The position numbers were made by a program, and so were the translations under genes. The notes under the pieces were generated by a model. The model saw only the letters and a program-made list of their open reading frames with translations. It made no database searches and was not told the DNA's origin. A stretch of DNA of 35,385 nt, from positions 1 through 35,385 of the forward strand of contig CAZVWA010000004.1 of assembly GCA_964631085.1 (NCBI GenBank), written 5' to 3'. This document shows positions 8,256-18,765 of this stretch, in pieces. Within the stretch, counting starts at the first letter, position 1. Every line of letters starts with the position of its first letter. Source of the stretch: an uncultured Rubrivirga sp. GTDB lineage: Bacteria > Actinomycetota > Actinomycetes > S36-B12.

Positions 8256-8281
8256 GGGTGACGTGACCAGCGAGGAGACCC

Positions 8282-9721
8282 ATGTTCCACAACTCGATGC
8301 CCCGCTACGAGATCTTGTCCCAGGACGCACTCGCCACGCTGGATTCCGGGTGGCGGCGAATAGTGAGCGAGATCGGCATCCAGTTCGCCAAGCCCGAGGC
8401 GGTCGAACTCTTCGCAGCCAACGGTCAAAAGGTGGACGGAGAGACCGTCTTCTTGGACCCGGAATTCGTCCTCGAGCAAGTCGCTAAGGCGCCGAGCGAA
8501 TTCGACATGCAGGCACGCAATCACGATCGTGATGTGCACATCGGGGGCGACTCGATGGTCTTTTCGAGCGTCTACGGCCCACCCTTCTTCAGGCGAGGCG
8601 ACGAGCGGCGTGACGGCACGCTCGCGGATTTCGAAGACTTCGCCAAGCTCGCTCAATCCTTCGATGTCATGGACAGCGTCGGCGGCGTCGTCGTGGAACC
8701 GAACGATGCGCCCTTGGATTCGCGTCACCTCGACATGGTTTACCGAGCCTTGACCATGACCGACAAGATCATCATGGGCAACGTGGTGACCGGGACCAAC
8801 GCTGAAGACACCGTCGCCATGGGCGAAATGGTGTTCGGCGGCCGTGAGTCCATCGAGGACAAGCCCTTCTGCATCTCGTTGATCAACTGCAATTCGCCTC
8901 TGCGGTGGGACGACCGGATGCTCGATTCCCTCTTCGTCTACACGCAGGCGCGCCAACCGTGCATCGTGACCCCGTTCCTGTTGATGGGAGCGATGGCCCC
9001 GGTCACCATTCCCGCTGCGCTCGCTCAGCAGATCGCGGAGGCCCTCTCGGGTGTCGCCCTCACCCAGCTCATCAACCCCGGAGCACCGGTCGTCTTCGGA
9101 TCATTCCTGTCCAACATCGATATGCAATCGGGCTCGCCTCAATTCGGAACCCCTGAGTCCGGCATCGGTCTCCTGGCAACCGGTCAGATCGCGCGCCACT
9201 TCGGGCTGCCATTCCGCGGCGGCGGCGGCCTCAATTCCTCGCAGGTGCCCGATGCGCAGGCTGGGTACGAGGCAATGATGACTCTCATGCCGGCGTTCCT
9301 TTCCGGCACGAACTTCATCATGCATTCGGCCGGCTGGCTCGAGGGCGGATTGGTGTCCAGTATCGAGAAGTACGTGATCGACGTTCAATTGCTGGAGATG
9401 CTGCAGCACGAGTTCACTCCGCTGGAGATCGACGAAGCTTCGATGGCGTTCGACGCGCACACCGAGGTCGGGCACGGTGGACACTTCCTAGGCGCCATGC
9501 ACACGATGGAGCGCTTCCGCGACTGCTTCTACCGCCCGTTCCTGTCCAGTGCGGACAACTTCGAACGCTGGACGCGCAACGGATCTAAGGACACCGCCAC
9601 CCGCGCGGGCGAGATCGCCGCGACCAAGATCGAGGAATACCAAGAGCCCCCCATGGACGAGGCCCTCAAGGAGCAGCTCCAAGACTTCGTTGCGCGACGT
9701 CGCACCGAACTAGGCGACTAA
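8282..9721 (+). CDS. mttB: Trimethylamine methyltransferase (MttB) superfamily protein, non-pyrrolysine; probable glycine betaine:corrinoid methyltransferase (MtgB-like)
   Basis: [53 protein letters not shown] and GHFLG motifs; no in-frame TAG; GAGGAG SD. Confidence 0.92.
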   Translation: MFHNSMPRYEILSQDALATLDSGWRRIVSEIGIQFAKPEAVELFAANGQKVDGETVFLDPEFVLEQVAKAPSEFDMQARNHDRDVHIGGDSMVFSSVYGPPFFRRGDERRDGTLADFEDFAKLAQSFDVMDSVGGVVVEPNDAPLDSRHLDMVYRALTMTDKIIMGNVVTGTNAEDTVAMGEMVFGGRESIEDKPFCISLINCNSPLRWDDRMLDSLFVYTQARQPCIVTPFLLMGAMAPVTIPAALAQQIAEALSGVALTQLINPGAPVVFGSFLSNIDMQSGSPQFGTPESGIGLLATGQIARHFGLPFRGGGGLNSSQVPDAQAGYEAMMTLMPAFLSGTNFIMHSAGWLEGGLVSSIEKYVIDVQLLEMLQHEFTPLEIDEASMAFDAHTEVGHGGHFLGAMHTMERFRDCFYRPFLSSADNFERWTRNGSKDTATRAGEIAATKIEEYQEPPMDEALKEQLQDFVARRRTELGD

Positions 9722-9732
9722 CCTTCGGCTCC

Positions 9733-11388
9733 ATGAAAGAGTCCTTCGACTACGTCATCGTCGGTGGTGGATCAGCGGGAAGCGCTCTAGCCAACAGATT
9801 GAGTGAGGACGGCACGAAAACCGTCCTGCTCCTGGAAGCGGGTAGGCGCGACTGGTGGTGGGAGGTGTACATCCACATGCCGGCGGCCTTGACCTTCCCG
9901 ATCGGTAACCCACGCTACGACTGGATGTACGCCAGCGAGCCCGAACCCGGCATGAATGGACGCCGCGTCACCGCCGGTCGAGGAAAGATCCTGGGTGGTT
10001 CCAGCAGCATCAACGGAATGATTTTCCAGCGGGGCAACCCGCTCGACTACGAGAAGTGGGCCAGCAACCCGGGCATGGAGTCGTGGGACTACGCCCACTG
10101 CCTTCCCTACTTCAAGAAGATGGAGAACTGCCTCGCCGGCGCCGACGAATGGCGCGGAGACTCCGGGCCCCTCGTCGTGACCCGCGGCCAGGTCCGAAAC
10201 CCACTGTTCTCGGCGTTCTTCGAAGCCGTTCAGCAGGCCGGATATCCGCTCACGGCTGACGTCAACGGGTACAAACAGGAGGGTTTCGCCGCATTCGACG
10301 GCAGCCTCTACAAGGGAAGACGCGTCAACGCCTCCAAGGCTTACCTGACGCAGGCCCGCAAACGCCCGAACCTCACTATCCGAACGCGCTCGCTGGTGAC
10401 CAAGATCAACATGTCCGGAACCCGAGCCACCGGGGTTCAGGTCCGCGACCGGCGCGGCAAGACCTCCGACGTCTCCGCAGGAGAGGTCATTTTGAGCGGT
10501 GGAGCGATCAACTCTCCGCAATTGCTGCAGCTGTCGGGCATTGGCAACGCCGAGCACCTGAAGTCGGTCGGCGTTGATGTCGTCCACCACCTTCCGGGGG
10601 TCGGCGAGAACCTTCAGGACCACCTCGAGGTGTATGTCCAGCACTCATGCACACAACCGGTCTCGCTGAATCCGAATCTCCAGTTCTGGCGCCGTCCCTT
10701 CATTGGTGCCGCGTGGCTGTTCGGGCGCACTGGACCGGGGGCCTCCAACCACTTCGAAGCCGGGGGGTTCGCCCGCAGCAATGAAGACGTCGACTACCCG
10801 AACCTGATGTTCCACTTCCTGCCCATCGCCGTCCGTTACGACGGCACGGCACCGGAGTCCGGTCACGGCTACCAGGTACACATCGGCCCGATGTTCTCCG
10901 ACGCACGAGGGTCGGTAAAGATCACCTCCACCGACCCCACCAAGGCGCCGGCCATGCAGTTCAACTACCTCACCACCGAGCAGGACAAGCGCGAGTGGGT
11001 CGAGGCGATTGCGGTTGCCCGGGACATCCTCAGCCAATCGGCATTCGCGCCCTACAGCGGCGGGGAGATCTCGCCGGGACCCGATGTCCGGACCGACGAG
11101 GAGATCTTGGAGTGGGTCCGCCGGGACGGCGAAACGGCCTACCACCCCTCCTGCACCTGCAAGATGGGCGTCGACGAAATGTCCGTCGTCGACCCCGAAT
11201 CCATGAGGGTGCACGGCATAGAGGGCCTTCGGGTGATCGACGCGTCCGTCATGCCCACGATCACGAACGCGAATATCTACGCGCCCACCATGATGATCGC
11301 GGAAAAGTCAGCAGATGGCATCAATGGGGTAAATCCGCTCCCACCGGAGCCGATTCCGTTCTATCGTCACCGCGACCACACCGCCTAG
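9733..11388 (+). CDS. betA: Choline dehydrogenase (GMC oxidoreductase)
   Basis: [43 protein letters not shown] and [12 protein letters not shown] motifs; adjacent to betB and the betaine ABC transporter. Confidence 0.92.
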   Translation: MKESFDYVIVGGGSAGSALANRLSEDGTKTVLLLEAGRRDWWWEVYIHMPAALTFPIGNPRYDWMYASEPEPGMNGRRVTAGRGKILGGSSSINGMIFQRGNPLDYEKWASNPGMESWDYAHCLPYFKKMENCLAGADEWRGDSGPLVVTRGQVRNPLFSAFFEAVQQAGYPLTADVNGYKQEGFAAFDGSLYKGRRVNASKAYLTQARKRPNLTIRTRSLVTKINMSGTRATGVQVRDRRGKTSDVSAGEVILSGGAINSPQLLQLSGIGNAEHLKSVGVDVVHHLPGVGENLQDHLEVYVQHSCTQPVSLNPNLQFWRRPFIGAAWLFGRTGPGASNHFEAGGFARSNEDVDYPNLMFHFLPIAVRYDGTAPESGHGYQVHIGPMFSDARGSVKITSTDPTKAPAMQFNYLTTEQDKREWVEAIAVARDILSQSAFAPYSGGEISPGPDVRTDEEILEWVRRDGETAYHPSCTCKMGVDEMSVVDPESMRVHGIEGLRVIDASVMPTITNANIYAPTMMIAEKSADGINGVNPLPPEPIPFYRHRDHTA

Positions 11389-11442
11389 GGCAGCGGGCTG
11401 ATCGGCGACGCACCGACTATCGACGAGGGGGCTCGTAAGACC

Positions 11443-12927
11443 GTGACCGGACTGCTGATCGACGGCAGGTGGGTACCCGCCGAAAGCGGGGACACCCGGA
11501 CCATCATCTGCCCAGCCGACGGGCGCGAAGTGGACACTGTTCCCGAAGCATCCGCGGCCGACACCGAGAAGGCCATCGCCGCTGCTCGCCGGGCGTTCGA
11601 TGACGGCGGGTGGCGACGCACATCCGCCTGGGAGCGGGCCGCCCTGCTCAACGCGGTGGCCGATCGCCTCGAGGCCGAGATCGAAACGGTTGCCGCCGCC
11701 GAGTCGGCCGACACCGGCAAGCGACTCGAGGAATCCAGGTACGACGTAGCCGACGTCGTCTCGTGCTTTCGGTACTTCGCAGGCCTCATCCCCAAAGACA
11801 GCGGACGCGTCATCGACACCGGGAGTCACACAACTATTTCGCGGGTGCAGTACGAGCCCGTGGGCGTGTGCGGGCTGATCACGCCCTGGAACTACCCGCT
11901 GCTGCAGGCAAGTTGGAAAGTCGCGCCCGCTCTCGCGGCCGGGTGCACGTTTGTCCTCAAGCCCAGTGAGTTGACACCGCACACCTCGATTTTGCTGATG
12001 CAGTATCTGATGGACGCCGGGTTACCCGCTGGAGTTGGCAACCTGATCCTGGGCGCCGGCGCAACGGCGGGGGCGCCCTTGGCCTCTCATCCGGACATCG
12101 ACATGGTGTCCTTCACCGGCGGTCTCATCACCGGTCGCGCGATCATGGCCGCTGCCGCACCGACGGTTAAGAAAGTGGCCCTCGAGCTCGGTGGCAAGAA
12201 CCCCAACGTCGTATTCGCCGACGCCGACTGGGATGCGGCGATCGATAACGCCCTGACGGCCGTCTTCCTACACTCAGGGCAGGTCTGTTCGGCCGGTGCC
12301 CGACTCATCGTTCACGAGAGCATCCACGATGAATTCGTCGACGCTCTCGTACTTGCCGCCGAAGGCATAAGGCTCGGCGGACCCAACGATGACAAAGCCC
12401 AAACCGGCACGCTCATCAGCGCGGGCCATCGGGACAAGGTTGCTGCGTACGTAGACCAGGCTGTCGCCGAGGGTGCCGTGCTGAGATGCGGCGGTGCGCA
12501 ACCAGACGATCCGGCGCTCGCGAACGGTTACTTCTACCTCCCGACGATCCTCGACAAGTGCAACGCGTCCATGACCTGCGTTCAGGAAGAGTCCTTCGGC
12601 CCCGTTTTGACAGTCGAAACTTTCCGCACCGAAGACGAAGCGATCCGTATCGCCAACGACACCTACTACGGACTAGCCGGGGCCGTCTGGACGTCCGACG
12701 TGTCACGCGGACAGCGCGTAGCCAACGCACTTCGCCACGGGACCATCTGGATCAACGACTTCCACCCCTACCTTCCGCAGGCCGAATGGGGCGGGTTCAA
12801 GCAGTCGGGTGTCGGTCGGGAACTCGGTTCCCAGGGATTCGCCGAATACCTCGAAGCCAAGCACGTGTACCAAAACCTCGATCCGAAGCCCACCGAGTGG
12901 TTCGACGTACCGAGCAAGGAGTCATGA
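11443..12927 (+). CDS. betB: Betaine-aldehyde dehydrogenase (ALDH family)
   Basis: [35 protein letters not shown] and WGGFKQSG motifs; substrate assigned from context. Confidence 0.85.
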   Translation: MTGLLIDGRWVPAESGDTRTIICPADGREVDTVPEASAADTEKAIAAARRAFDDGGWRRTSAWERAALLNAVADRLEAEIETVAAAESADTGKRLEESRYDVADVVSCFRYFAGLIPKDSGRVIDTGSHTTISRVQYEPVGVCGLITPWNYPLLQASWKVAPALAAGCTFVLKPSELTPHTSILLMQYLMDAGLPAGVGNLILGAGATAGAPLASHPDIDMVSFTGGLITGRAIMAAAAPTVKKVALELGGKNPNVVFADADWDAAIDNALTAVFLHSGQVCSAGARLIVHESIHDEFVDALVLAAEGIRLGGPNDDKAQTGTLISAGHRDKVAAYVDQAVAEGAVLRCGGAQPDDPALANGYFYLPTILDKCNASMTCVQEESFGPVLTVETFRTEDEAIRIANDTYYGLAGAVWTSDVSRGQRVANALRHGTIWINDFHPYLPQAEWGGFKQSGVGRELGSQGFAEYLEAKHVYQNLDPKPTEWFDVPSKES

Positions 12928-14000
12928 TGACGATGACCAGCCCCGCGCCCGCAGAAGTCAGCACAGATGCGGCGATCTCCGTTCGCGGACTTTGGAAGAT
13001 CTTCGGGGAGAAGGCACACGAGATCATCGACTCCCCCGACGCCCGACTTCCGCGTCCGGAATTGCTGGAGAAGACAGGCTGCGTGGCCGCCGTCCGTGAC
13101 GCGTCATTCGACGTCGCCAACGGCGAGGTATTCGTTGTCATGGGCCTGTCAGGATCGGGTAAATCGACGCTGGTTCGCTGCCTGACTCGATTGATCGAGC
13201 CGACGGCGGGCGAGGTCTTCTTCGATGGCGAAGACATCCTCACAGCCTCCAAGGCACGCCTGCGTGAACTCCGCCGTACCAAGTTTTCGATGGTCTTCCA
13301 GCACTTCGGCCTGCTGCCCCATCGTCGGGTCATCGACAACATCGCCTACTCACTCGAGGTCAACGGAGTCAAGAAGGAGACCCGTCACGCCCGCGCCATG
13401 GAGGTCATCGAACTCGTCGGCCTCGACGGTTACGCCAACCACTTCCCCGAGCAACTCTCCGGAGGTATGCAACAGCGCGTCGGCCTCGCCCGAGCGCTCG
13501 CCGTCAACCCCGAAGTCATGTTCCTCGATGAGCCCTTCAGCGCCCTGGACCCACTCATTCGGCGCGATATGCAAAACGAAGTCAAGCGGTTGCATCAGGA
13601 CCTAAACAAGACCATGGTGTTCATCACCCACGATCTATCGGAGGCAATGAAGCTCGGGGACCGGATCGCCATCATGCGCGACGGAGACATCGTGCAAATG
13701 GCAACACCAGCCGATCTCGTCATGCATCCGGCCGATGACTACGTCGCGGACTTCACCAACGACATCCCGAAGTCACATGTGCTTACCGTCGGGTACATCG
13801 CTCGGCCTGCTGGTGATGGCGAGGATATCTCCGGCCAACCGATCGACGCCGACATCATCATCCGTGACGCAATCCCGCGCATCGTCAACGCCACCGGACC
13901 GGTCCCGGTCACTCGCGCCGGTGAAAGCATCGGTGTAATCGGAACGGACGACATCTTGCATCTCGTGGCCGAGGATGCATCCGAAGGCAGCGCTACGTGA
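12927..14000 (+). CDS. proV: Glycine betaine/choline ABC transporter ATP-binding protein
   Basis: GLSGSGKST Walker [29 protein letters not shown] and [12 protein letters not shown]. Start placed at ATG 12927 behind AAGGAG (12924 and 12933 are alternatives); the track start 12486 lies inside betB. Confidence 0.9.
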   Translation: MTMTSPAPAEVSTDAAISVRGLWKIFGEKAHEIIDSPDARLPRPELLEKTGCVAAVRDASFDVANGEVFVVMGLSGSGKSTLVRCLTRLIEPTAGEVFFDGEDILTASKARLRELRRTKFSMVFQHFGLLPHRRVIDNIAYSLEVNGVKKETRHARAMEVIELVGLDGYANHFPEQLSGGMQQRVGLARALAVNPEVMFLDEPFSALDPLIRRDMQNEVKRLHQDLNKTMVFITHDLSEAMKLGDRIAIMRDGDIVQMATPADLVMHPADDYVADFTNDIPKSHVLTVGYIARPAGDGEDISGQPIDADIIIRDAIPRIVNATGPVPVTRAGESIGVIGTDDILHLVAEDASEGSAT

Positions 14001-15961
14001 ACGCTCTGGAGTCGCTCCCGACATGGATGCGCAAACGCAGCACCCTCGTCCTTTTGGTCGTGGGCGTTTGGTTCGTGCTCGGAACAATCCTCGCCGGTGT
14101 CCACACTCTGGAACTGTCAACCGCAACGAACACCCCGGCAACCGACTGGCTTCGGGAATTCGCGGCATCGATTCGCGGTAGCCGAGCGGAGTCGCCGATC
14201 TTCGTCTATTTCTTCAATCCACTTCGTGGCGGAATCGAAGGGTTTATCGAGATCATCCGGGCGGTTATCGCGGTACCCGCTTCCGGCAACGTCATCCCGA
14301 TCATCGGATGGTTCGGGGTGGTCGCCCTCGTTGGCTACATCGTCTACGCGTCGTCCAACTGGCGGACATCACTGCTCTCGATGGCGCTGCTCACCGCCTG
14401 CGGAATGCTCGGGGTCTGGGCCTACACGATGGACACGCTGGCCATGACCGTCGGAGCGGTCCTGCTGTCCCTGGCGATCGCGCTCCCGATAGGCATTTGG
14501 GCGGGATTGAGCGATCGGGTGATGGCCTTCATCAGACCGATCCTCGACCTCGCGCAGATTCTCCCGACGTTGGTCTACCTGGCTCCGCTCGCACTCGTAT
14601 TCCTGATTGGAATCGCCGCCGCCACCATCGCGACCATGATCTACAGCATCCCGATCTGCGTACGCATCACCGCGCACGCGATTCGAAGCCTCAAGGCCGG
14701 TCCCATCGAGGCGGCCGAGTCCATGGGGTCCACCCGAGGTCAAATGCTCCGCAAAGTCCAACTCCCCATGGCACGTCGCACCATCATCCTTGGAATCAAT
14801 CAAACGACACTCGCTGCGCTGTCCTTCGTCGTCATCGCCGCACTGATCGGGGCACCTGGGCTCGGTAAGCCGGTCATTGAAGCCCTCACCATTCGCAACG
14901 TGGGTGATGGAGTCGTGGCTGGGCTGGCAGTGGTGTTCCTCGCCGTCATGCTGGACCGGGCGACGACCGCCGCCGTTCAGCACAGTGCGGAACTACCTCC
15001 CGAGGGCCCGGCACTCATCCGTCGACGCATCGGTCTGATCGCTGGTGGCGTGCTGACACTGGTCGCCATCTACCTTTCACGCTTCCAACTGTGGGCCGCG
15101 GTCTTCCCCGAAAATCTCGTGATAGGCGAGTACATCGCTAACGCGGCGGACGCCGTGACGGAGTGGATCACCTCGACTTTCTACTTCCTCACCATCGGCC
15201 TGAACGAGAACTTCACGATCCACGTCCTCAATCGTGTGGAATCGCTTCTTGCGAACACTCCCTGGTACATCACGATCATCGCCATCTCGCTTCTTGCCGC
15301 CATCATCGGCGGTCGTTTCGTTGCGATCTTGTCCGCGGTCCTTCTCGGAGCCATCGTCTTGATCGGTCTGTGGAACGACGCCATGGTCACCCTCACGCAG
15401 GTGCTCATCGCAACGGGAATCGTGATGCTCATCGGCGTCGTGGTGGGGGTGCTGGCGGGTCGCAGCGCCCGCATCGAACGGGCTCTGAAACCCATACTCG
15501 ATGCCGGACAGACGCTTCCCGCTTTCGTCTACCTCGTGCCCGTTCTCGCCCTCTTCGGGCCATCTCGTTTCGCAGCGATCGTCTGCGGTGTCTTCTACGC
15601 AACGCCCGTTGTCGTGCGTGTCGTCGCAGATGGGGTCCGCGGAGTGCCGAGCGACATGGTGGAAGCAGCCGTGTCTTCAGGGTCGAGCACCACGCAGGTC
15701 GTGACGAAGGTGCAGTTGCCTGCGTCCAAACGCTCGCTTCTCCTGGGTGCAAACCAGGGCATGATCTTCGTTCTCGCCGTTGTTGTCATCGGCGGGTTCG
15801 TAGGAGCAGGTGGCCTCGGCTACCTGGTCATCGTTGGCCAGTCCAAACCGGAGCTTCAGGGCAAAGGACTGGCGGCAGGCCTGGCAATCGTCTTGCTAGG
15901 TGTTGTGATGGACCGCATCGCGCAAGCCGGGGCGCGTCGCAATGAGAAGAAACCCGCATGA
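13997..15961 (+). CDS. proW: Glycine betaine ABC transporter permease with two fused ProW-like modules
   Basis: Two EAA loops ([20 protein letters not shown] and [20 protein letters not shown]) and two PILD.xQ.LP..VYL motifs. Confidence 0.88.
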   Translation: MNALESLPTWMRKRSTLVLLVVGVWFVLGTILAGVHTLELSTATNTPATDWLREFAASIRGSRAESPIFVYFFNPLRGGIEGFIEIIRAVIAVPASGNVIPIIGWFGVVALVGYIVYASSNWRTSLLSMALLTACGMLGVWAYTMDTLAMTVGAVLLSLAIALPIGIWAGLSDRVMAFIRPILDLAQILPTLVYLAPLALVFLIGIAAATIATMIYSIPICVRITAHAIRSLKAGPIEAAESMGSTRGQMLRKVQLPMARRTIILGINQTTLAALSFVVIAALIGAPGLGKPVIEALTIRNVGDGVVAGLAVVFLAVMLDRATTAAVQHSAELPPEGPALIRRRIGLIAGGVLTLVAIYLSRFQLWAAVFPENLVIGEYIANAADAVTEWITSTFYFLTIGLNENFTIHVLNRVESLLANTPWYITIIAISLLAAIIGGRFVAILSAVLLGAIVLIGLWNDAMVTLTQVLIATGIVMLIGVVVGVLAGRSARIERALKPILDAGQTLPAFVYLVPVLALFGPSRFAAIVCGVFYATPVVVRVVADGVRGVPSDMVEAAVSSGSSTTQVVTKVQLPASKRSLLLGANQGMIFVLAVVVIGGFVGAGGLGYLVIVGQSKPELQGKGLAAGLAIVLLGVVMDRIAQAGARRNEKKPA

Positions 15962-16021
15962 GGGCGGGATGCAGTACCAACGTCCACCGCGGACGTCGGT
16001 AACTCCGAAGGGAATACAGGT

Positions 16022-17077
16022 ATGAGGAATCACCTACGGGGGCGCCTAGCGGTGCTTCCCGCGCTGGCTGCAGCCAGCCTGGTGCTCGCCGCCTGCGGCG
16101 GCGACGTGAATGAGGCGGCCACCGAGGCCACCGAGGAGGCTGTCGCAGAGGAGACAGTCGCCGAAGAAGCGCCCGAAGAAGAGGCCGCTGAGGAAATGCC
16201 CGAGGAAGAAGCAGTCGTCGCCGACTGCGGCGACTGGGGCGTTGCCATGCACGCATGGGTTGGCTACACCGCTTCGGCTCAGGTGCTGTCCGACGTAGCT
16301 CGAGATGCTCTCGGCTGCAACATCGAGCAGATTCAGCTCGAAGAAGCCGGCGTCACCTACGACGCCATGGAAGCCGGCTCGGTAGACGTCATCATCGAGG
16401 ACTGGGGCGGCGGCCGCTGGCAAGAGTGGGTTGACCGTGGAGCAGTCCAAGAGGCTGGCTACAACGGCAACGTCGGCCTCATCGGCATGTACGTCCCACA
16501 GTGGATGTGCGAGGAGTACCCGGACATCTCGGACGGCACCAAGCTCAACGAGTACGCCGAACTCTTCGTGACTCCTGAGTCCGGTGGCAAGGGCGCTTGG
16601 TACGAGGGTCCCCCCGGATACACCACGATCGGCGAGAAGATCATCAACGCCTACGACCTCGACTTCCAGGTCATCAACACCGGGTCCGAGGCTGCGCTGA
16701 TCGAGATGTTCACGCAGGCTGCCGAGAACCAGGAGCCGGGTCTGGGCTACTTCTACGAGCCGCAGAACTTCCTGGCTCAGGTAGAGCTCTGCCGGGTCAA
16801 CTTCCCAGAGAACGACTGGAGCGATACCGCGGATGCCAGCGGCTTGACCGACTACCCGGAAACCCCGCTGGTCAAGTTGGCAACCTCTGAACTCCTTGAT
16901 TCAGGCTCGCCGTTCGCCACACTCGTGTCGAACTTCGAGTGGACCAATGGCGATCAGAACTCTGTCGCTGCGGCGATCGAGGGTGGCGCCAGCCCGGAGG
17001 AAGCTGCTGCCGAATGGATCAGCGCTAACACCGACACCGTCAACATGTGGTTGGAGGGCACGGGAGCAAGCATGTAG
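16022..17077 (+). CDS. proX: Glycine betaine/choline ABC transporter substrate-binding lipoprotein
   Basis: Lipobox LAAC, acidic linker, AWVGY, IEDW, GMYVP, GSEAAL and YFYEP motifs; last gene of the ABC operon. Confidence 0.85.
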   Translation: MRNHLRGRLAVLPALAAASLVLAACGGDVNEAATEATEEAVAEETVAEEAPEEEAAEEMPEEEAVVADCGDWGVAMHAWVGYTASAQVLSDVARDALGCNIEQIQLEEAGVTYDAMEAGSVDVIIEDWGGGRWQEWVDRGAVQEAGYNGNVGLIGMYVPQWMCEEYPDISDGTKLNEYAELFVTPESGGKGAWYEGPPGYTTIGEKIINAYDLDFQVINTGSEAALIEMFTQAAENQEPGLGYFYEPQNFLAQVELCRVNFPENDWSDTADASGLTDYPETPLVKLATSELLDSGSPFATLVSNFEWTNGDQNSVAAAIEGGASPEEAAAEWISANTDTVNMWLEGTGASM

Positions 17078-17095
17078 TTCCCGGCTAAGGCCACT

Positions 17096-17135
17096 GTGGG
17101 GGTCCCAGCATCTGCTGGGGCCCCCACTCTTTTTT
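17096..17135 (+). terminator. Rho-independent terminator closing the mttB-betAB-ABC operon
   Basis: GTGGGGGTCCCAGCA-TC-TGCTGGGGCCCCCAC stem (one G:U pair) followed by TCTTTTTT. Confidence 0.9.
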
Positions 17136-17217
17136 GCCGAAAGCACCACCGACACGCCCTGATGCTTGCCAGACTCAGAGCACGTATTCGAGCGGTCAGC
17201 GTTCCAGGGGAGCCACC

Positions 17218-18765
17218 ATGATCATCCACCGAAGTCCGTTGCCCGACGTCGTCATTCCCGACGTCACCATCACCGACCATGTGCTTCGTGAAGCCGCACG
17301 AGTTCCCGACCGGCCGGCGTTGATAGACGGACCGTCGGGGCGCACCTATACCTACGCTCAACTAGCCGGGGCCATGAAGGCATTTGCCGGTGGACTCCAG
17401 GCGCGTGGCCTGGGCCCCGGAGACACCATCGCCTTGATGTCGCCGAACATCCCCGAGTTTGCGATTGTCTTCCACGGCGCAGCTATTGCCGGGGTGACGG
17501 TCAGCACGATCAATCCCACCTATACGGCCGAAGAGGTGGCCTTCCAACTTCGCGATTCGCGATCGACCATGTTGATCACCATCGGACTTTTCGCCGAGAC
17601 CGCGGTGACCGCGGCGAAGGATGCTGGAGTCACGGACATATTCATAATCGGTGACGCTCCTGATGGCATGGAATCGTTCATGCAACTCATGGCTGCTCCC
17701 ATCGAGCAGGTTGCGGTCGACGTCGATCAGCAGATCGTGGTGCTTCCGTACTCGTCGGGAACAACGGGCTTTCCCAAGGGTGTGATGCTGAACCACCGGA
17801 ACCTCGTCGCCAATCTGGTCCAGTGCGAGGACGCACTTGAGGTCGAGGATGGCGAGGTCGTTCTGGCTGTTCTTCCGTTCTTCCACATCTACGGGATGCA
17901 GGTGTTGATGAACTTCTTCCTCAGCAAGGGCTCCACGATCGTGACGGTTCCGCGTTTCGACCTCGAGCAAAGCCTGAGCCTGATCCAAGAGCACAAGATC
18001 ACGCGGTTGTTCGCGGTACCGCCAATCGTGCTCGCCCTTGCTAAGCACCCACTCGTGGAGAACTTCGACCTCTCGAGCCTGAAGCAGGTCTTCTCGGGTG
18101 CGGCTCCCCTCGGCGCCGAACTCGCCCAGGAAGCTTCCGACCGCATCGCCTGCGAGGTGGTGCAGGGATACGGGATGACCGAGATGAGTCCGGTCTCGCA
18201 CGTCACCCGCATGGGTGGCTTCAAGCCTGGGACCTGTGGTGTCACCGTCGCCAACACCGAGTGTCGAATCGTGGATGTCGAGAACGGCGACGATCAAGAC
18301 GTTGGTGGCGTCGGTGAACTATGGGTGCGGGGCCCACAAGTGATGGAGGGCTACCTGAACAACCCCGAGGCGACCGCCGAGACCATCGATGAGGATGGGT
18401 GGCTGCACACTGGAGACGTCGGCTTCATCGACGAGGACGGTCACCTCACAATCGTCGATCGTGTCAAGGAACTCATCAAGTTCAAGGGTTTCCAGGTGGC
18501 TCCTGCCGAACTCGAAGCGCTTCTCCTCACGCATCCCGCGATTGCCGATGCCGCGGTGATCGGGGTCCCGGACGATGAGGCCGGGGAACGCCCCCGTGCT
18601 TTCATCGTGCTCAAGCCTGGACAAGAAGCCAGTCCGGCGGACATCACTGAATTCACCGCCGAGCACGTCGCTACCTACAAAGTGGTACACGACATCGTGT
18701 TCACCGAGGAGATTCCAAAGTCAGCGTCGGGAAAGATTTTGCGGCGCATGCTCCGCGACCAGTGA
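17218..18765 (+). CDS. 4-coumarate--CoA ligase-like AMP-binding acyl-CoA synthetase
   Basis: YSSGTTGFPKG, GYGMTE, GWLHTGD, DRVKELIKFKGFQVAPAELE and PKSASGKILRR motifs; ATG 17218 follows a GGGGAG SD. Confidence 0.88.
   Translation: MIIHRSPLPDVVIPDVTITDHVLREAARVPDRPALIDGPSGRTYTYAQLAGAMKAFAGGLQARGLGPGDTIALMSPNIPEFAIVFHGAAIAGVTVSTINPTYTAEEVAFQLRDSRSTMLITIGLFAETAVTAAKDAGVTDIFIIGDAPDGMESFMQLMAAPIEQVAVDVDQQIVVLPYSSGTTGFPKGVMLNHRNLVANLVQCEDALEVEDGEVVLAVLPFFHIYGMQVLMNFFLSKGSTIVTVPRFDLEQSLSLIQEHKITRLFAVPPIVLALAKHPLVENFDLSSLKQVFSGAAPLGAELAQEASDRIACEVVQGYGMTEMSPVSHVTRMGGFKPGTCGVTVANTECRIVDVENGDDQDVGGVGELWVRGPQVMEGYLNNPEATAETIDEDGWLHTGDVGFIDEDGHLTIVDRVKELIKFKGFQVAPAELEALLLTHPAIADAAVIGVPDDEAGERPRAFIVLKPGQEASPADITEFTAEHVATYKVVHDIVFTEEIPKSASGKILRRMLRDQ

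Noticed and set aside
8146-8281. Cobalamin or THF riboswitch in the divergent region
   Set aside because: Only 136 bp, largely accounted for by promoter and operator elements; no B12-box or other riboswitch core recognised. A covariance-model search would be decisive.
8282-9721. Pyrrolysine recoding in the MttB-family gene
   Set aside because: The frame is fully open with no TAG, Leu sits at the inferred position, and no pyl genes are in the window.
12486-12926. N-terminal extension of the ABC ATPase in the ORF track, and similar extensions at 4515, 6330, 17134, 21606, 22465, 29136, 29713 and 35349
   Set aside because: They overlap upstream genes or leaders and look like off-frame sequence; downstream starts have an SD and/or stop-start coupling.
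16110-16215. GAG/GAA/GCC-rich quasi-repeats here and at 34680-34810 as a possible repeat array or CRISPR
   Set aside because: They encode low-complexity Glu/Ala linkers within proteins; there is no constant repeat-spacer period and no cas gene.
17161-17170. 10-mer GATGCTTGCC also present near 19649
   Set aside because: The second copy is ferredoxin coding sequence (D-A-C-P) and the flanks do not match; most likely chance.
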